DNA from: Candidatus Krumholzibacteriia bacterium
Lineage (GTDB): Bacteria; Krumholzibacteriota; Krumholzibacteriia; JAJRXK01
Direction: 5' to 3'
Assembly (NCBI GenBank): GCA_041484665.1
Contig: JBGPIA010000001.1
Coordinates: 928,001-992,000 of the forward strand
DNA length: 64,000 bases
Shown here piece by piece: positions 59,160-64,000 of the stretch. Under the pieces are notes generated by a model. That model saw only the letters and a list, made by a program, of their open reading frames with translations. It searched no databases and was not told the DNA's origin. The translations under genes were made by a program, and so were the position numbers. Positions within the stretch are counted from its first letter, which is position 1. Each line of letters begins with the position of its first letter.

Positions 59160-59586
59160 CTGGGCGCGGTTCGCCGGGCGGCACACGCCGCGGGAATGCG
59201 GGTGATGCTCAAGCCGCACATCTGGCTCGGCGGCGCGAGCTGCGGGACGTGGGTGGGCGACATCGACCCGGGCAGCGACGCGCAGTGGGACCGCTGGTTC
59301 CAGAGCTATGGCAGCTTCATCGTCCACTACAGCTATGGCAGCTTCATCGTCCACTACGCGACGCTCGCCCAGCGCGCGGAGGTTGACCTGCTGTGCATCG
59401 GTGCCGAGCTGCAGCGCACGGTGGCGCTGCGTCCGCAGCGCGGGCGCTCACCTGTGGAAGTGGTACGCTGACCACGACCGTGCGGGGGGACCGTCCAGCA
59501 TCGACTTCACGCCGCAGAATAAACCGGCCGAAGGCGTGATCGCGCGCTGGTTCGCCCGTGTCTCGACCGGCCTCGCCCCGCAGTAG
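59160..59586 (+). pseudogene. Glycoside hydrolase family 113-like remnant
   Basis: AHAAGMRVMLKPHIW, W..WF.SY, LLCIGAEL fused out of frame to C-terminal WKW...FTPQNKPAE; 27-bp duplication. Confidence 0.75.
59304..59357 (+). repeat. Perfect 27-bp tandem duplication
   Basis: AGCTATGGCAGCTTCATCGTCCACTAC x2 (SYGSFIVHY x2). Confidence 0.95.
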
Positions 59587-59666
59587 CGCAGCGAGCGGAC
59601 CGCGGGCGCGGCGGCCACCGCATGCACCCTGTCCCGTGGCGCCCACCGGAACGCAGCCGACCTCCG

Positions 59667-60572
59667 CTACGGGAATCGCCCGGGTCCGGTCGCGGCAACC
59701 CCTGCCTCGGGCGTAAAGGCCACCTTCCAGACCTCGGCGCGCCCGCTGCGGTCGGACGCGAAGTACAGCGTGCGCCCATCGGGCGACCAGCACGGGTCGT
59801 GATCGTCTGCGTCGCGGGTGACCTGTTGCAGGCCCAGCTGTGACCCGCGCGCATCGGCCACCCAGATCTCTCCGCGCGGGGTCGGGCCCGCGACGATCAG
59901 CCGGGTGAAGGCAATCCAGCGCGCGTCACGGGACCACGCGGGATCGCCGACGTCTCCCAAGCCTTGCACGACGACCTCTGCGCTGCCGCCGGAGCGGGGC
60001 ACCTTGAGGATCTGCGCCACGTCGCCGAAGGCGATCCACTGTCCGTCGGGCGACCAGGCAGGCGCCGTCCCGGCGCACCCGCCCCCACCGGCCCTGGCGC
60101 AGAGCACGTCGGCGCGGACACCGTCCGGATAGGAGAAGACCACGATCCCCTCGCTGCCCTTCACGGCGATCTCACCCCCCGAGGGCGACCAGGCGGGATG
60201 GCTGTCGAAGTCCGTCGGCAGGAGGCTCGCCGTCTCGAGGGTGGTTGCGTCCACGGTGTAGAGCACCTCCCCGCAGCGGAATACGATCAAGTGTCCAGCC
60301 GGGGACCAGTCTGGCTCGCGGCTGCAGAAATCCGTGAGCGTGACCTGCTGCGAGCCATCGGGCGAGATCCGGCCGATGAAATAATGGTGGGGCGTGGGTA
60401 GCTCGAAGGCGATCCAGGCGCCGTCCCCGGAGACCGTCGGATGGTCGCCCCCCGTGCGGGTGAGCTGCACTGGCGAGCTGGGATCGGGAGCCGCGGGCGG
60501 AGCGGCCGCATTGTCGGCGCAGCCGCACGCCCACAGCCCGATCGGGCAAAGCGCCAGAGCCACTGCCCTCAT
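59667..60572 (-). CDS. TolB-like PD40 beta-propeller lipoprotein
   Basis: ACGC lipobox-like leader; repeated P-x-WSPDG motifs; FASDRSG. Confidence 0.88.
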   Translation of the reverse strand: MRAVALALCPIGLWACGCADNAAAPPAAPDPSSPVQLTRTGGDHPTVSGDGAWIAFELPTPHHYFIGRISPDGSQQVTLTDFCSREPDWSPAGHLIVFRCGEVLYTVDATTLETASLLPTDFDSHPAWSPSGGEIAVKGSEGIVVFSYPDGVRADVLCARAGGGGCAGTAPAWSPDGQWIAFGDVAQILKVPRSGGSAEVVVQGLGDVGDPAWSRDARWIAFTRLIVAGPTPRGEIWVADARGSQLGLQQVTRDADDHDPCWSPDGRTLYFASDRSGRAEVWKVAFTPEAGVAATGPGRFP

Positions 60573-60845
60573 CGCGCGGCCCCCTGCCGTTCGCACCGTT
60601 GGTCGTTCGCGCTGGTGATGCGGCCGCGCGGGTGCAGGGATCCCGCAATCCCTGCCGGCCGTGCGTGCACCTCTGCACTGCAAGTATGCGCTGTTGCCCA
60701 GCCGACGCGCCAGGGGGACGGGGCTCCCTCGCTCGAGCCTGGCCGTCTGTGCCGCGACGATCCCATTGATCCGGCCGGCGGGCCGCACCATCATTATTCG
60801 CGAGACCCCCACGATCGATGGCCCTTACGACAGGAGGCCCTGGGC

Positions 60846-61661
60846 ATGGCGGGAGCGCAGACGTCTCGCGGCGGTCCGGGCGGCGGCGCGGGTTGGGATC
60901 TCCACGGCAAGCGGGCGCTGGTCACCGGCGCCAGCAGCGGGATCGGTCGGGCCACGGCGCGGCTGATGGCAGCCAGCGGTGCGGAGATCGTCGCAACCGC
61001 GCGACGCGAGGCACCTTTGCAGGAGCTGGCGCGCGAGCAGATGGGCGGCCCCGGCACAATCTGTCCCCTGAGCGGCGATCTCACCGACGCCGGCTTCCGG
61101 ACGCGGCTCGTGGCGGAGGCCGTCGCCCAGTTGGGCGGCCTGGACGCGCTCGTGAACGCCGCGGGCATCATCGCCAGCGCCAACTGGGAGAGCACGACGC
61201 TTGAAGCGTGGGACGCCATGCTGGACGTGAACCTGCGGGCTGTGTTCGCGCTGACCCGCGAGGCGATCCCACACCTGCAGCAAAGCAAGGGCGCCATCGT
61301 GAACGTCAGCAGCGTGACCGGCACGCGGGCGTTTCCCAACGTGCTGGCGTACTGCGTGAGCAAGGCCGGGCTGGATCAACTCACGCGCTGTCTCGCGCTG
61401 GAGCTGGCTCCGTCTGGGGTACGGGTCAACGCCGTCAATCCCGGAGTGGTGCGCACGAATCTCCATCGCGCGTCGGGCATGGATGCGGAGCGCTACGCCG
61501 CCTTCCTCGAGCATGGCCGCACGACCCATCCGCTGGGACGGGTGGGCGAGCCAGAGGAGGTCGCCGCGCTCATCGCCTTTCTCGCCTCACCGGCGGCGGG
61601 CTGGATCACGGGCGAGACAATCGCCATCGATGGCGGGCGGCATCAGACCTGCGCGCGCTGA
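60846..61661 (+). CDS. Short-chain dehydrogenase/reductase
   Basis: TGASSGIG, VNAAG, NVSS, YCVSK, VNPG, DGG; AGGAGG RBS. Confidence 0.95.
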   Translation: MAGAQTSRGGPGGGAGWDLHGKRALVTGASSGIGRATARLMAASGAEIVATARREAPLQELAREQMGGPGTICPLSGDLTDAGFRTRLVAEAVAQLGGLDALVNAAGIIASANWESTTLEAWDAMLDVNLRAVFALTREAIPHLQQSKGAIVNVSSVTGTRAFPNVLAYCVSKAGLDQLTRCLALELAPSGVRVNAVNPGVVRTNLHRASGMDAERYAAFLEHGRTTHPLGRVGEPEEVAALIAFLASPAAGWITGETIAIDGGRHQTCAR

Positions 61662-62659
61662 CGGTCGGGGGGGCGCGGCGAGGCGCGGCGGCGCCCGGCA
61701 GCCCAGATCAGCAAGAGTCCGATGGCGATCCACACCAGCTCGCGAACCCGGTTGACGATCGCGGCGAACACCCCCACGTCCGCCGTCAACCCCAACGCGC
61801 GGGCGATCAGGTAGAGCCCGCCCTCGCGCGTACCCGCCTCCAACGGAACGAAGAAGACGATGTTGAGGATCAGCGTGGAGAAGCTGCCGACCAGGAAAGC
61901 GCGGCCGTAGCCGGCCGGGAGACCGAGTCCGGCGAAGATGAGCTGGAACTCCACGCACGCCAGGCAGCGCCCCGCGACATCGGCCAACAGCGCCAAGACG
62001 AAGCGGCGGCGGTTGCGCGCAGAGAAGCGCACGATCTGCTCGTCCATGGCGATGAGCGCGGCACGGCGCGGCTCGAGACGCTTGGCGAGCCGGCCCAGCA
62101 GTGGGGCTCGCTGCAGCGCGTCGAGCACGCGCTCCAGCACGCCGCGGCGCAGGATCAGGAGCAGGACCGCCCCGATGCCCAGTACGGGCACGGCCACCAC
62201 CAACAGCCTCCCCACGTTCGCCGTACTGCCCGCGGCCAGCCGCAGCGCCAGCGCCAGGCCAGCCAGCCATACGATGAGGTTGCTTAGCGCGTGGATCATC
62301 CAGTAGATCATCACGGTGCCGGTGGCGCGCCCCGTACCGAACCACGGCGCCAGCGCCGCGATCTTGAACGGCTCGCCGCCCAGGTTCACCAGAGGAGTGA
62401 CGTAGTTGAGGGCGAATCCGGAAATGCTCATCGACCAGGTGCGCAGATACGACGGCTTGGGCCCGGCACCTTCCATGGTCAGATGCCACGCCCACGCGTA
62501 CAGCGCGTAGACGCCCGCGTACACCAGGACGATGGGGAGCAGTCGCCAGCCGATGCGGGTGACGTCGGCCGCCAGGACGCTCAGGCCGATGCGGTGGACC
62601 AGCCAGACCACGACGGCGCAGCCGCCGACGAAGAGCGCGATCTGGACGCGCCGCCTCAT
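61643..62659 (-). CDS. UPF0104 / lysylphosphatidylglycerol synthase TM-domain (flippase-like) protein
   Basis: Multi-TM, NYVTP..GGEP.K, VP..AGTREGG, R.RE. Confidence 0.85.
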   Translation of the reverse strand: MRRRVQIALFVGGCAVVVWLVHRIGLSVLAADVTRIGWRLLPIVLVYAGVYALYAWAWHLTMEGAGPKPSYLRTWSMSISGFALNYVTPLVNLGGEPFKIAALAPWFGTGRATGTVMIYWMIHALSNLIVWLAGLALALRLAAGSTANVGRLLVVAVPVLGIGAVLLLILRRGVLERVLDALQRAPLLGRLAKRLEPRRAALIAMDEQIVRFSARNRRRFVLALLADVAGRCLACVEFQLIFAGLGLPAGYGRAFLVGSFSTLILNIVFFVPLEAGTREGGLYLIARALGLTADVGVFAAIVNRVRELVWIAIGLLLIWAAGRRRASPRPPDRQRAQV

Positions 62660-62877
62660 GCGCGCTGCGCGGCGGCCGACGCTGCCGGCATGTCACGGGG
62701 GGCAGCGTGAATCTGCAGGTGCAGCGCTGCCGGCTGCCCGATGCCGTCCAGGAAGCGTTCGAAGCGCCGGTGGTCGAGCACCACCGCGGGGTCCATGAAT
62801 CGCGTCAAGAACCATCTCCACCAGGACGTCGTGTCCAGCTGGCCCGTGACGTCGTTGCGCTCCGTCGTGTCGGGCAT
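62656..62877 (-). CDS. Small hypothetical protein (73 aa) coupled to the UPF0104 gene; possibly an internally deleted gene
   Basis: ATGA overlap with the downstream gene, GC3-rich codons. Confidence 0.45.
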   Translation of the reverse strand: MPDTTERNDVTGQLDTTSWWRWFLTRFMDPAVVLDHRRFERFLDGIGQPAALHLQIHAAPRDMPAASAAAQRA

Positions 62878-62961
62878 CTCCAGCCGCAGCTGGGTCCCCC
62901 CCCGTGCGACAGCGGGCCCTCGCGGTCAGAGTGACTCTCGCCCGGCGGGAGCGTACCGCCT

Positions 62962-62978
62962 TGCGGCGCACGTGCCAA
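62962..62978 (-). promoter_or_regulatory. Candidate sigma54 promoter TTGGCACGtgcgCCGCA
   Basis: Perfect -24 box with GG-N10-GC spacing; -12 box imperfect. Confidence 0.4.
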
Positions 62979-63157
62979 GCTGCGTCGCGGCTGAGAGGCC
63001 GCGGGCGACGCGAACCGTGCTGTACGCCAAACGCCGGGCCCCTCGGGAGCCCGGCGCTTGTCAACGGCAGAGCCGTGTGCGTGGAGGTGGCTCGCTCGGC
63101 AGGGTCTTGCGCCGGGTGGGGGAACGACGGCCCCGCGCCGAGCAGCGACCCAGCTCC

Positions 63158-63922
63158 CTACTGGTAGAGCTCCTTGACCGCTCCAAACGAGGTCAGGTCG
63201 GTCGCAATCGCGGCTCCCGGCGTGATGGAGAAGCTGTCGACGCCCAGAGCATCGTCGGACCCCGTCGCGTCGAAGTCGTTCCAGCGGATCCAGAACGTGG
63301 CGCCGTTCGGGATGGCCAGGCTGCCGATGCTGGAGGAGACCAAGCTCCGGTTCGCGGCGGCGTTGCCGTCCAGCGCCCCCACCGTGGCAACGGTGACCGG
63401 CGCGGTGAAGTCGAGCGGATCGACGTCCGTCCACCTGCCGGTGGTGAGGCTGGTCGCGTCGAGGCTGTACTGGAAGTCGAGGCGATCGACACGGCGCGCG
63501 GCTCCCAGACGCCACTGCTCGCCCGTGTAGGCGATGGCCAGGGTGTTGATGACGTTGTTTGTGTTGTTGGTGAACGCCGCGCCGATCGTCGGGATCAGCG
63601 TCCCGCTCAGCAGCCCACCGAACGCGCGATCGGTGGCGGCGGCGGCGCCGAGACTGTAGGTGTCCCCAGTCGTCGAGGACCCGGTTCCGGCGGTGTAGGT
63701 CGCATTGGCGTTCGTCCCGGCCTCGCTGAAGGCCCAGCCCGCGGGGACGGCGGAGCTGGTTCCACTCGCGACGAGCGAGTCGAAGTTCTGGCTGTAGGGT
63801 GTGCCGATCGCCGTGAGGCTGATCTGCCCAAAGGCGCCGGTGGAGAGCAGGCTGATGCAAAGCAGAGTACCGAGCGCCGCCAGGGGCCACGCGCGCGGAC
63901 GTGCCGGTGTCAATGTCAACAT
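63158..63922 (-). CDS. Secreted beta-rich protein with short C-terminal tag (..TSFGAVKELYQ)
   Basis: AAGGAGG RBS, signal peptide, YSQNFD, TYSLG..DRAFG, YTGEQWR, IRW.D..GSDDALGVD; this domain resembles accessory domains of extracellular nucleases and PEP-CTERM-type proteins. Confidence 0.8.
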   Translation of the reverse strand: MLTLTPARPRAWPLAALGTLLCISLLSTGAFGQISLTAIGTPYSQNFDSLVASGTSSAVPAGWAFSEAGTNANATYTAGTGSSTTGDTYSLGAAAATDRAFGGLLSGTLIPTIGAAFTNNTNNVINTLAIAYTGEQWRLGAARRVDRLDFQYSLDATSLTTGRWTDVDPLDFTAPVTVATVGALDGNAAANRSLVSSSIGSLAIPNGATFWIRWNDFDATGSDDALGVDSFSITPGAAIATDLTSFGAVKELYQ

Positions 63923-64000
63923 TGGGACCTCCTTGATGGGGCGAACAAGCGAGCGGTGCGGGTGGGAGCCGAGTTGGAGTCTACTCTGCGGGAGGCGGCG

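Overview
GC-rich (about 70% by eye, not computed) bacterial chromosomal window. The FlgD-Ig-type C-terminal domain and the 'SFGAVKELYQ' tail on secreted proteins suggest an FCB-affiliated candidate lineage such as Eisenbacteria, Latescibacterota or Krumholzibacteriota; this is inference. In order, the window holds: an O-methyltransferase cut by the window edge, a Gdx/SugE SMR exporter, a sigma54 activator, PfpI, DinB, an ABC-F ATPase, a lipoprotein, a split MacAB-type operon and a PAP2 phosphatase. Next comes a decayed mobile zone (14.2-17.7 kb): a three-gene HTH/hypothetical/large-serine-recombinase element bounded by a 10-bp direct repeat, an IS91-family transposase fragment and a truncated RND/MFP pair. 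It is followed by an intact two-component system plus TolC-MFP-RND operon, PepSY-like and beta-barrel genes, an APC permease, a complete hypABFCDE operon followed by ychF, two histidine kinases, GTP-PEPCK, a 5'-truncated RluA, a sulfatase-like membrane protein, two more ABC systems, several secreted or outer-membrane proteins, a GH113 remnant, an SDR and a UPF0104 gene. No rRNA, tRNA or CRISPR array was recognised. The best leads are the recombinase element, whose excision would restore a reading frame, two candidate C-terminal sorting tags, an RND pump with an atypical proton-relay set, and many deletion scars. All family calls come from motif recognition by eye; no database searches were run.
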